46,120 bases of DNA, from positions 1 to 46,120 of IMG/VR virus record IMGVR_UViG_3300025451_000021, one strand, 5' to 3'. A program made the translations under genes and the position numbers. This document shows positions 17,384 to 28,900 of the stretch, piece by piece. The DNA is from a virus (Duplodnaviria > Caudoviricetes). Numbering within the stretch: the first letter of the stretch is position 1; every line of letters starts with the position of its first letter. Below the pieces are notes generated by a model that saw only the letters and a program-made list of their open reading frames with translations, did not search any database and was not told the DNA's origin.

Positions 17384-18277
17384 ATGGCAATCGCCATTCC
17401 ATTTGTAGCCAGCGCCTTGGGTGCCACGGCATTGCAGGCCACGCTGATTTCTGTGGCCTTCTCTGTCACTGGCATCAGCGCCAAGATCGACAAAGCCGCA
17501 TCCAATGTGTTCGGAAAAGACCTTGTGATGCTGGGCAATGTGCTGGGCGCAGGTTACGCCATGTTCAACCGTGGTTTTGACATTGGCGCAGGAGGTGAGG
17601 CGGCCAAGACAGCAGCAACTGCCGACTCGTTGTTTGAGGCTGACTGGTCAAAGGCGGCTGGCGGCGACGGTGGGCTGATGGCGGGCGAGTCTGTCGCTGG
17701 CGGCAATGCGTTCAACCTGAGTGAGATGGGCGCAGCGCCACTGACAGAGGATGCATGGAACGCGATGGGTGCTGAGAACAGCCAGTACTTGGCCGACTCT
17801 GGAATTGTGGATATGACCACCGGGTTGCCAGGCAATGTCGATGCCAAGGTGTCCCCCACCACGCCTGAGACAGCCGCAGCACAAGCGCCAACAGCGCAGC
17901 AGCCACAAGCCACAGGTGCCGCCAGCGCTCAAGCCGCAGCGCCCACTGCGACAGCGAGCAGCGCCACAGCAGGCAATGCCACAGCAGCGCAGGCCACGGA
18001 CCAGATCGTGCCCAACGCCACACAAGCCAAGGCCGCTGCCGATGTGCTGTCCAAGCAGTTGGCCCCCTACCAGCAGCCATCCAACATCTTCGAGCGCATG
18101 TTCTACACCACGGACAAGGCAGGCAATCGCGTCTTCAATGACCGCCTGGCAGGCGGTGTCATCCAAGGTCTTGGCTCTGCTGCCAGTGGCTACATGCAAA
18201 GTCAGGAAGCGGCCAAGGGACTGAAGTGGCAGCAAGACAAGTACAACACCCGCATCGGTGGCCGAGTTACAGGTTAA
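17384..18277 (+). CDS. Putative ejection/DNA-transfer protein
   Basis: AAGGAG RBS; hydrophobic N-terminus, Ala/Gly-rich body. Confidence 0.6.
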   Translation: MAIAIPFVASALGATALQATLISVAFSVTGISAKIDKAASNVFGKDLVMLGNVLGAGYAMFNRGFDIGAGGEAAKTAATADSLFEADWSKAAGGDGGLMAGESVAGGNAFNLSEMGAAPLTEDAWNAMGAENSQYLADSGIVDMTTGLPGNVDAKVSPTTPETAAAQAPTAQQPQATGAASAQAAAPTATASSATAGNATAAQATDQIVPNATQAKAAADVLSKQLAPYQQPSNIFERMFYTTDKAGNRVFNDRLAGGVIQGLGSAASGYMQSQEAAKGLKWQQDKYNTRIGGRVTG

Positions 18278-18286
18278 GGGGAACAC

Positions 18287-18904
18287 ATGAACTTGAACGA
18301 AATGGCCCAAACCGGCCAACCCGAAGAGACAAGCCAGGCCAAGCCAGCCAGCGAGAAGCAGCAGCGCCAGTTCGATTTGTTGCTTGGCCGTTGCCGCCAG
18401 GTGCTTGGCGAGTCTGCTGACCAGTGGTTGCAGGCTCTTGAGGTGGACCCTGTGCAGGCCGCTGTGAAGATGGGCACACAGACCCTGCGCACGCTTGCCA
18501 TGCAGAGCGAGGAAGCAGGCACACCCGTTGACCCTGCGGTGCTGCTGCATGTCGGTGTGACGCTGGTCAAGGACGTGGCAGGCATTGCCAACGAGGCTGG
18601 GCTGGTGCCTGATGACAAGCTAGAAGGCTACCTGCAAGAGGTGATGCAGTTGAGCATTGCCGAGTACATGCGTATGGATGCCGACGAGGGTCTGATGCAG
18701 GGTGGCGAGACTGAACCCGCTCTGCCAGGTGACCCGCAGACACCAGATGACACCACCAAGCACGAAGTTGCCGAGTCGCCTGCACTGGAGCAGCGCGAGA
18801 TAGCCGCTGAACCAGCCGAGACGGGCCAAGAAGGCATGTCCGAAGAGGATGAGATGGCGATGCAACTGGCGCGAATCCGCGCACAGAAAGGTGGTGCACG
18901 ATGA
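18287..18904 (+). CDS. Hypothetical acidic virion-region protein
   Basis: 205-aa ORF with RBS. Confidence 0.7.
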   Translation: MNLNEMAQTGQPEETSQAKPASEKQQRQFDLLLGRCRQVLGESADQWLQALEVDPVQAAVKMGTQTLRTLAMQSEEAGTPVDPAVLLHVGVTLVKDVAGIANEAGLVPDDKLEGYLQEVMQLSIAEYMRMDADEGLMQGGETEPALPGDPQTPDDTTKHEVAESPALEQREIAAEPAETGQEGMSEEDEMAMQLARIRAQKGGAR

Positions 18905-19911
18905 GCTTCTTTGCACAACTGCTTGCCGGTGCTGCCACTGGCATCGGCAAGGGCATGGTGGATCAGGCCGACTACAACGACAAGCTGGCTGCGCAGCAGG
19001 AGCTGCTCAAGGAGAAGCACGCCAATGCGCTGCAACTCCAGTCCCAACGTGCCGATGACAGGCTGTTTCAGGCTCAAACCCTGGCCGCTCTGAAGGGTGG
19101 AAGCAGTGGTGGCAGCGGAGGTGGCGACCCAATCATGGGCATGCTCCGCGCTGCAAAGACACCGGAAGAGCAGCAGCAGGCAATCGGGTACATCCGAGCG
19201 CTGGCAGGCGATGACGCAGCCGCGAGCATTGAGGCCAATGTGTTTGGCCGCATCCAGCCAGGTGCACAGGGCATGCCAACCGAGCAGGACGTTCTTGCAT
19301 CTGGACCCCCCAGCGACAAGCCCATGCCTCCACAGGACCGGGTGAGCTATGACCGCCTGAAGGGTCAGCAGGCTTTGAACCGGGTGTATGCGCTGCTGGC
19401 CAACAAGGGCGAAACCAAGAACTTTGCCGAGGGTGAGCAGATCATGGGCCGCACAGACCTTGCAACCGAAGAGGTCAAGGGCATGATGAAGGATGGCAAG
19501 CCACTCAGCCAAGCCAGCGACAGGTTCAACGAGGTGACGAACTCTGCCAAGGTCAACCCGCTGGGTCAGCAGTACGCCGACAACAAGGCCGCTGAACTGG
19601 CTTTGCGTCTGCAGGCCATAGAAGACAAGGCCAACACAGACTTGGCCAAGGGAGCCAGCGGACGCTTGCAGCATCTTGAGCAAGAGCGCACAAAGGCTGT
19701 ACTAAAGCTCAATGAGTCTCGCGGCGATGCAAAAAAAGCAGTTCAAAAAGAGATTGATTACTACGACTCGCAGATAAATGCATTGTCCGCAGCACCAGCC
19801 ACAGCACCACGCGCACCGGCTGCAAGCACGGCAGCGAGAGGCTCATCCAGCATGAAGTACGACCCGACTCCAGCAATCGCACGCTTCAAGTCAGGCCAGC
19901 CAGCCCGCTAG
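18901..19911 (+). CDS. Putative ejection protein
   Basis: MSFFAQLLAGAATGIGKG N-terminus, helical body. Confidence 0.6.
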   Translation: MSFFAQLLAGAATGIGKGMVDQADYNDKLAAQQELLKEKHANALQLQSQRADDRLFQAQTLAALKGGSSGGSGGGDPIMGMLRAAKTPEEQQQAIGYIRALAGDDAAASIEANVFGRIQPGAQGMPTEQDVLASGPPSDKPMPPQDRVSYDRLKGQQALNRVYALLANKGETKNFAEGEQIMGRTDLATEEVKGMMKDGKPLSQASDRFNEVTNSAKVNPLGQQYADNKAAELALRLQAIEDKANTDLAKGASGRLQHLEQERTKAVLKLNESRGDAKKAVQKEIDYYDSQINALSAAPATAPRAPAASTAARGSSSMKYDPTPAIARFKSGQPAR

Positions 19912-19956
19912 GCATATATGCCGAACCTACCCTGAAAGGGGCGTGGCCGCGACAGT
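19911..19956 (+). promoter_or_regulatory. Putative late promoter, copy 3
   Basis: GGCATATATGCC 19911-19922; GACAGT 19951-19956. Confidence 0.7.
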
Positions 19957-19962
19957 GGTTGC

Positions 19963-22900
19963 ATGAACCTCTTTCAGCTTATGACCGATGGCGTCAACCT
20001 CGACGCACTCCCAACCGAGTCAGAGACCAAGCGCGAGCCCATCGCGTTTGAGCCATCACCAGGCGGGAGGTTTTCTGTCCCGAGTGACCTGAACGCAGCT
20101 TTTGACGCTGCAGCCAGCGACTTCGGCATCGACCCCGATGTGCTGCGTGCGGTTGCCTACGCTGAAAGTCGCTTTCACCCTGACGTGGTGAGTGGCAAGG
20201 TCAAGAGCAAGACGGGCGCGACTGGCTTGATGCAGTTCATGCCCAAGACGGCGCAGGAGTACGGCATCGACCCACTGGACCCGGTGCAGTCCATCTTCGG
20301 CGCTGCTGCCTACCTGCGCAAGAGCCTCGACAAGTTCGACGGCGACTACGGCAAGGCCGTTGCCAGCTACAACACTAACCCAAACCGCAAAGACTTTGAT
20401 GCCGAAGACTGGGATGCACGCATGCCAGCCGAGACGCAGGGTTACCTGCGCACGGTGTTCACGGCCGCGGATCAACTGAAGTCTGGCAAGGCCGAGCGCC
20501 CATTGCCAGCTGGTGTTGAGCCAAGCAAAGCAGGCGCTGGGCGTGGTGTGGTGAATCCAACACGGAACGCTCCTGTCCCTGACACTGGCGACGAGACTGC
20601 TCGCCTGGCTGCACGGTACAAAGCGCCCGATGCACCGCAGCAGGGTGGTTTCATCCAGTCTGTTGGCGACTTCTTCAAGCCTGCACCAACCAGCGTGCTG
20701 GAAAGCTACAAGCCCACAGCGACAGAACAGCAAGCAGCCAATGCACAGCGCCTGCGCTATGGTGCAGGTCCCATCAAAGGTGACGTGCTGGTTGCAGCCA
20801 ACGAGGTTGCAAGTGGCAATGCAAACAGCAGTTCTCCCACAGTCAATGCTGTTGCCAAGCAGATGCAAGAGCGCGGTGACACGTTCACTGGCTATGCGCA
20901 AAGCAAGAACACACCGATCCTGAAGGAAGGTGCGCGTGACGCGAAGGCCGCTGAGTTCAGGTCTGCTGGTGAGTGGGCCGTGGACAGCGTATCCGCGTTG
21001 GCGCAAGGCTCTGTCTCCATCCCACTGCTGCCTGCAAGCATCCTTGCACCAGGCGGCGACACAGCCAAAACTCTGCGTAGTTGGCGCGATGCCTGGTCCG
21101 AGCAAGAGTCTGATGTCCTGAAGGCACAGCGTGTTGTGCTGAAGGAGCGCATTCAAAGCGAAGAAGGCTTTGCTGGCAAGTACGCAACCACTGTGCTGGA
21201 GTTGGTCACAAACCCTGCGCTTGGCCTATCTGAAGCCATCAAACAGGTGCCCAACTACCTGGCTGTCATTGGCGCATCCCGCTTTGCATCAGGTGCAGTT
21301 GGTGCAGGATTCAATGCCATCGAGAAATCAAGCCCAACACTGGCACTTGCCAATGCACTGAGCAGCGGTGCTGTTAAAGGTGGCGCACAAGCCACTGCTG
21401 CGACGGCAGGCGGTATGGCTGCGTCTGTGGTGATGACTTCTGGTGATGCTGCTGGCGATGTGTACGAAACACTGACCGACCCAAACAAGACACCCAAGAA
21501 GGTGTGGGAACAGAACGAGGACTACCAGGCGCTGATCCAGCAAGGTCTGTCGCACAAAGCGGCAGTCATGCAGATTGCAGAGGCCAAGGCACGGTTTGCT
21601 GCTGCGGTGGTGGCCCCACTTGGCCTGTTCGGGTTCATGGGCGCTGAGTCTGCTTTGGCGACAAAAGGCATTGCTGGCCTGGCCGCATCGTTTGGCCCCA
21701 AGGCAGCAGCCAAGACATTTGGCAAAGAGATCGTTGGCGAGAACATCGAAGAGGGCGGCACCAAGTGGGGAGGCAACGTGGTCACAAGCACGGTAGACCC
21801 TCGCGTCAAGTGGGACGAAGGTGTGGCCGAAGCAGCAGCGACAGCCACCGTCACATCAGCACCAATGGCTGGATTGGCTGCACGCAGTCAACTGAGCGCA
21901 CCACCAGCGCAAACCCAAGACCCACGCAACGGTTTGATTGCCGCTGGTCTGTTGGACCCACAGACCTATGACGGTGGCATCGTCGGTGCGGCTGGTACGG
22001 CAAACCCGCTGCTGGAGCAACTGAAGCGCAAGCCAGCACCCACAGTCGAATCCCAACCCACTACCCCACAAGTCCCACCCACTGTCACGCCACAGGCACC
22101 CGTCACCCCCGACGCAGCCAAGACCCAAGCAGTAGACAACATTGCAGCAGCCATCAAGGAGTTGGAAGGTGGAACAACCCAAACAGCCCCTGTTCCAGCC
22201 GGTCAGCAAGCGGTTGACGATGGCGCAGCGCCAATGGATGCAGCACAACAAGGTGCCACCCAGGGACAGGCCGAAGTTGGTGCGGTTGATGGTGCAGGAC
22301 AGTCCGAGTCGGCTGGCGCATTGACGCAGCAACCTGTTCTGCAAAACCGCGACAGGTCAAACCCAGCATCGATCACGCAGATGCAGAGCATTGCCAGCAA
22401 CCCGGACTACGGGCGGCTGGGCTTCTCCCGTGACTTTGCCAACGGTGCGCCTGTGGTGGCGGGTGCGGAGCAAAATGTTCCAGCACAACAGCGTGGAAAG
22501 CAAGACACAGCCGTTGCCGTAGATGGCACGCGCATCCCGGTGCAGTACGCCGTGGTTGACGCTGGCGAGGTGCTGACATCCAACAACGTGGACGGCACCA
22601 GTAACACGGCATATGGAGATGCCAACACACCGGCTATTCGCGCCATTGCTGGCAACGGGCGAGTGGCTGGCCTGACGGCTGCATACAGGCAGGGTACAGC
22701 CGCGCAGTACAAGCAGGAACTGATGGCCGACACCGCGCTGCATGGTGTGCCAGCCGAGGTGATTCAGGGCATGCAGAACCCTGTGTTGGTGCGTGTGATG
22801 CCGCAATCGTCTGTCACTGCCAACATTGGCGACCTGAGCAACACGCAGGGCAACCTGTCGTTGTCAGCCGTCGAGCAAGCCAAGAACGATGTGTCTCGCG

Positions 22901-25900
22901 TGAACCTGGCTGCATTGGAGTTTGATGAAGCCGGGGGGCTCACGCAGAAGGCTGTGCGCCAGTTTGTGCAGGCCATGCCCAAAGCAGAGCAAGGCGGACT
23001 GATTGACACCAACGGCCAGCCCAGCAAGCAGGCGGTGGACCGTTTACAGGCAGCGGTGTTCGCAAAAGCCTACGGTAACGACCAACTGGTTCGCCTGTTT
23101 GCACAAGCGCAAGACCCTGAAGCCAGGTTGATCCTGTCGGCCATGGCACAGCTTGCCCCAAAGATTGCCAGGCTTGAAGGGGCTGGCGCACTGGACATTC
23201 GGCCCATCATTGCCCAAGCGGCAGAGATTGCCGTGAACGCTCGCCGCGAGGGCAAGTCGATTGCTCTGGCTGCAAAGCAGATGGACATGGCAGCAGACAC
23301 AGCAGTGGGTGTGGTGCTGGATTTGTTTGCCTCGTCACCACGCAGCAACAAGTCCATCATCGAGGCGATAGCCAACGCTGCTGACTTCGCTTATGCTGAA
23401 GCCAGCAAGTCGGACATGGATATGTTTGGCGAGGTGCAACGCGCCAGCCGCGACGATGTAATCAACCAACTGAAGCCACAGAATGAACGAGCAAGCCAAG
23501 CAAATCTGGAACAGCCCACAGGGCGTGTCGCTGCTGAAAACAATGCTGTCGGGCAACAAGCCGACACAGGAACAACAGCAGACGCTGGCGCAACTGAAGC
23601 AGGCGGACCCACCCAAGAAGCCAATGGACAAGTAAACGAACCTGGCGCAGAATACTCTGTACGCCAGCAGTTCTCCCTGTTCGGCGATGAACAAAGTGAC
23701 CAACTCCAACTCTTCATCGATCGTGGACCTGACCCAGTACAGGCGGGACCGGGAGCAGTCGCTGCCCAGCGGGATGCAGTCGCTGCAATTGCGGACATAC
23801 AGTCCGTCTCCTCAATACTGGCCGCCGCCCTTACCCGTGACTACGCTGCCCGTCAAAGGATCAGCCTCGTTGGGCAAAAAGTAGCGTCTGCCGAAGACCT
23901 CGCCGTCCTGGCGCAGGTTTACCGTGACCCACGGTTTGAGACGTTCCGTGTGGTGTTCGTGGACGCCAACAACAAGGTGGTATCCCAGCTTGGCCTGACC
24001 AGTCGCTTGCCTGCGTCGGCTGCCGCATTAGTTGGTACGGACACATACGCCTATCTGAATGGCTTGTCAGCCACAGCCAAGAAGGCTGGCGCAACGGGCT
24101 ACTACCTGCTGCACAACCACCCAAGCGGACAAGCCAGGGCATCGACTTCAGATGTTCGACTGACAAACACGTTTGAGCAGCACTTGCCCGGACTTAAGTT
24201 TCAGTCGCATGTGGTCATCGACACCAACGAATACTCGACCATCGAAGGTGGTTTTGCCAACCTGATCAAAAAGGACTTTGGTGTTTTTGAGCCACTGAGC
24301 GGAAGCAACATCACATTCAACAAACCGGAAGATGTGGTTGCATACTCCAAGCGTTTGCAGGCTGAATCTGGCGCTGTCACGCTGATTGCCACAGACACAC
24401 AGTACCGAGTCAAGGGTGTTACCACGATACCTGCTGCTGAACTCAATGGACCAAAAGGCATGCTGCGCCTGAAGGTGGCGCGTGCGCTTATGCGCCTGCA
24501 GTCATCCAATGTCTTCGCTGTCGGGCGAGAGTCTGGTGCTCTCGCCAAGTTGAGTGGCATCGTGGTTGATGCCATCCACGTTGAAGATTCCGGCAGGGCA
24601 ACCAGTTTAACTGCCAGGGGTATCATCAACTCCACCAATCTTGGTGCATTCCCATCTGACCGCCGCACACGGGTAACGGTTGACAGCAGCCCTGAGTTTG
24701 CCTATCTGCGGTTTGACCCGTCAGCCATGAAGTCTGCTGGTCAGCGGGTGGCCGAGGGTGATCTGCTGACAACCTACACCCCCGCAGAAGTCACAGCACG
24801 CCAGGACGCAGCCAAGGTAGCAGAGCGCAAGGCTGCTGCTGACAAGCGTGCAGCAGATGAACAGGCGAAGCGCGAACGTGAGCGTGCAGATGTTGCACAG
24901 CGCAGTGTGGCCGCTGCCGATACGTTTGAACTCGGTGGGAATGCTGAGGACAACTTGAGTGGGCAGGAGGGGTTGAAGTTCAGTCGCACATCCGACATCA
25001 AATCGGCCCGCGTAGCACTTGCCAAGATCATGGAGAAAGGCGTAACCTCGCCTGATGATCTACGCAACCTGCTCAGAGTGCCCGGTTATTCAAAGTGGGC
25101 AAAAAGCACCATTGCTGGGGACGTGGCAGCCTCCGCCGAGCTACGCGACAGGCTCGCAAAAGAGTACCCAGGATCAGACTGGCAGGCCCCAAAACTCAAC
25201 GACCAAGGCATCATTACCTTGTATGCAGATTGGGTTGACCTCACAAGCGATTCCATTGCCAATCTTGCCAGAATAGCCGATGAGTTCGATGCGCCGATTG
25301 CCGTTCGCAATGGGGCCGTCAACAACGACTACGAAAGCAAAATCCTTCGAGCCAACGGATTCGAGGGGTACATGGGTGCTCAAGAGAGGATGGACCGGCC
25401 TTCTGCTGTGATGTTTTCTCACATCAGGCCAGCGGGTGGAATAACCGCCACAACACCGCTTTTCAGCCAAGGTGCCAAATCCCCTCGCACACCCATCAGC
25501 ACCATCACCCAAGCCATCGCCAAAGCCTACGGCAACCTCCTGCCCCGCCTCGAAGGAAAGGGTCTGGTGTCACTCACTCAGACCGAGGAAGAGGCCATTG
25601 CAGCCGCTGCACAGGCGCGTGCTGACAAGACCGGTGGTGATGTTGAGGTGATCAAGGTTCAGTTGAGGGCTAGTGTGTTGGCGAGTCAGCGTGGTACAAC
25701 TACGGGCATGCCGGAAACACAAGCGCCCGGCCCACAAGGTGACGCGCAACAGGGCGCTTCCACGGGTAATGCCGTCGCCGTTTCTCGTCAGATTGCACAA
25801 GCAATTCAGGACGATGACGATCCGTATGCAGATTACGGGTTGCGTGTTATTCCACCTGAAGCCGATGTTGTGGTGCAACCCGGTGATGAGCTTCCACCTA

Positions 25901-28900
25901 GTAATCAATGGGACGATGGTACGGATACTGGCGAGGCACTCGACGGCACGTCATCGGCACGAATAGACGGCGACACCGAAGGCGCTGCGTTGGAGGCTAT
26001 AAGGCTGATTGGAGCGCACGGCAAACCCGGCCCAAACGGCTACTACTACGGTGACCAAGTTGTCTTAATCAAGGGGAAGAAGTCTGGTGTAGGCGAAGAT
26101 GTGGGTGAAATCCTGTTGAATGACGCTGTTGTTGTTGCCACTTGGAGAAAGCCCGACAAAGGCAATAGCGAAGTCGCACCGAATGAGCAATCCACGCCCA
26201 CTTCTCAGGGCGTTGACATCCGTCGCTCCGCAGACGGCAACCTCGAAGGCTTCTTCGACCCAGCTACAGGCAAGTCATTCCTGATTGCCGACAACCTGAC
26301 AGCGGAAAGCGCACCGGGCACGCTGATGCACGAGGTGGGCATTCACATGGCGGCTGAAGGTAAGTTTGGTCCGATGTTTGATCGGGCGCTGACCGTGCTG
26401 AATGACGGCAGTCTGGAGTCCACAGGGGCACTGCGCCGTATGCAGGAGTCGGGTGAGACAAGCGGTGAAGAGGCCGCAGCGTACTTGGTGACCGTGTACG
26501 AAACCAATCGCACCAATGCGCCTGCATCTGTTAAGCAGTGGATCAAGGACTTCATTGCTGACGTTCGCGCCTGGCTGTTCAGCAAGGGTGTGCTGCTCAA
26601 GGCTGACCAGTTGACCATAGCCGACATTGCGGCTGTGGCCCGTGCGAATGCCAGTAGGATTGCGCGTGGTGGGCCGAATGGTGGGCCTGGTGGTGGGCAG
26701 GCATTCAGCCGCTCCGCCATGCCCGCCACCATCGAAGTTGACGGCAAGACCCGCTCAACGATGAACAGCAACGGCCAGCCGATTCATCCAACGCTTGATG
26801 GGGTGAGGAACTTCTGGAAGTGGTTCGGCGACTCCAAAGTGGTGGATGCCGAAGGCAAGCCGCTGGTGGTGTACCACGGCTCTTCGCGCGACATCGAGAT
26901 CTTTGCGGCTGGTGCCGACGAGGCCGGCCAATCCAATGGCAATCGCACAGGGGCATGGGGCTCATACTTCACGCCCAGCGCGGCAGAAGCGTCTATATAC
27001 GCAGAGATTGCTGGAGGCGACGGCCCACAAAATGTAGTGCCGGTCTATCTGGCGATCAGAAATCCGTATGTGATGAACCGGGCCGAATGGGGCAAGCACT
27101 CGCAAAGGACGGCGAAGGCGGCAACTACGGCAGAAGGCAGGGCCGATGCAAAAGCCGTGCGGGCCGGTATAGAGGCACTGGGCCACGACGGCATAGTTAT
27201 CCGTGATCGAGGATTTAATGACGAGTGGGTCGCCTTCAGCCCCACCCAAATCAAGTCCGCCACCGGCAACAACGGAGACTTCGATGGCACGAACCCTGAC
27301 ATCCGTCGCAGCGTGCGCGGTGGTGGGCAGCAGGCACAGCAGAACCTGGCACTGAACACGCCTTCGCCAGCGTGGATGCTGCCTGCATCGACCAAGACAG
27401 ACGCACTGGTGTACGAGATTCAGGACCAGAAGGTTGACCTGAAGCGCACACAGGAGGCTATCAAGGCAGCAGGGCGCACGATCACCGAGCCGTTTGACGC
27501 ACGCATGGCTGAGACGCTGATGCCTGGCCGTGTGGCCTACCGCACAGAGACGTTCCTGAAAACCGAAGTCGCGCCACTCATGGAGGCGATGGCGAAGAAC
27601 AACGTCACGCAGAACGAGTTGAGCGACTACCTGTTGGCGCGTCACGCACCCGAGCGCAATGCACAGATTGCCAAGGTGAACACTGAGATGCCAGATGGCG
27701 GTGCAGGCACAAACAGTGCTGGTGTGCTGATGACCACACAGGCTGCGCAGGACCACATCGCTGCACTGACCACTGGCAAGCGCATGGTGCTGCAGTTGCT
27801 GGCAAACAAGATCGACGCCATCACAGCCAGCACACGCGACTTGCTGGTGCGCGAAGGTCTGGAAAAGCAGTCAACGATGGACGCATGGACTGGTGCATAC
27901 AAGCACTATGTGCCGCTGTTCAAGGATGAGGCTGTGGAGTCGCCTGCGCACCCTATCGGCTCTGGCATGAGCGTGACAGGCAGTGCATCCAAGCGTGCGA
28001 TGGGTTCCGAAGGTGAGGTGACAAACATGGTTGCCCACATCCTCATGCAGCGCGAGGCAGCAATCACCCGTGCAGAGAAGAACCGGGTGGCGATGAGCCT
28101 GTACGGCCTGGCACTGAGCAACCCCAATCAAGAGGTGTGGACCACCATTCGCCCCAACATGCGTGCCGACAAGATCGGTGCCGAGTTGGCTGCGATGGGT
28201 GTCGATCCTGTTGAGGCCGAGCAAGGCATGCAGGGTGTGCCCACAATCCGCACCATCAACGCCGTGACTGGATTGGTGCAGGAAACGCCAAACCCGATGT
28301 ACAAGCGGCTGGAGAATGCGCTTGTGGTGAAGGTTGATGGCGAGGACCGGGTGATCCTGTTTAATGCCAAGAACGCCGATGCGATGAACATGGCGCGTGC
28401 GCTGAAGAATCAGGATGGCATCACCAAGATTGATTACTCAACTGGTGTGATTTCTCAGGCGCTCGGTTTCTTGTCTGAGGTTGCTGGCGCATCATCCAAG
28501 ACAACCAACAAGATTGTGGAAAAGACCAAATGGTTGAATGCGGCAAACGCCACACGCTACCTTGCTAGCATCAATACGCAGTACAACCCGGCCTTTGGCA
28601 TGGTCAACGTTGTGCGCGACATTGGTGGCGCACTGGTGAACCTGACAACCACTGGCATTGCTGACCAGAAAGCCAAAGTGCTTGGCGACATCCCAGCCGC
28701 CATGAAGGGCATTGCCCGTGACGTGCGAGGCGATCAAGCGCGTACACCGTGGTCTGATCTGTGGGTGCAGTTCCAAGAGGACGGTGGGCGAACGGGTTAC
28801 CGTGACCAGTTCATCGACCCGTTCAAGCGTGCAGAGGCTGTGCAGAAAGACCTTGATGCGCTGCAACGTGACAGCAAGGCATCGGCTGGCAAGGCTGCTC

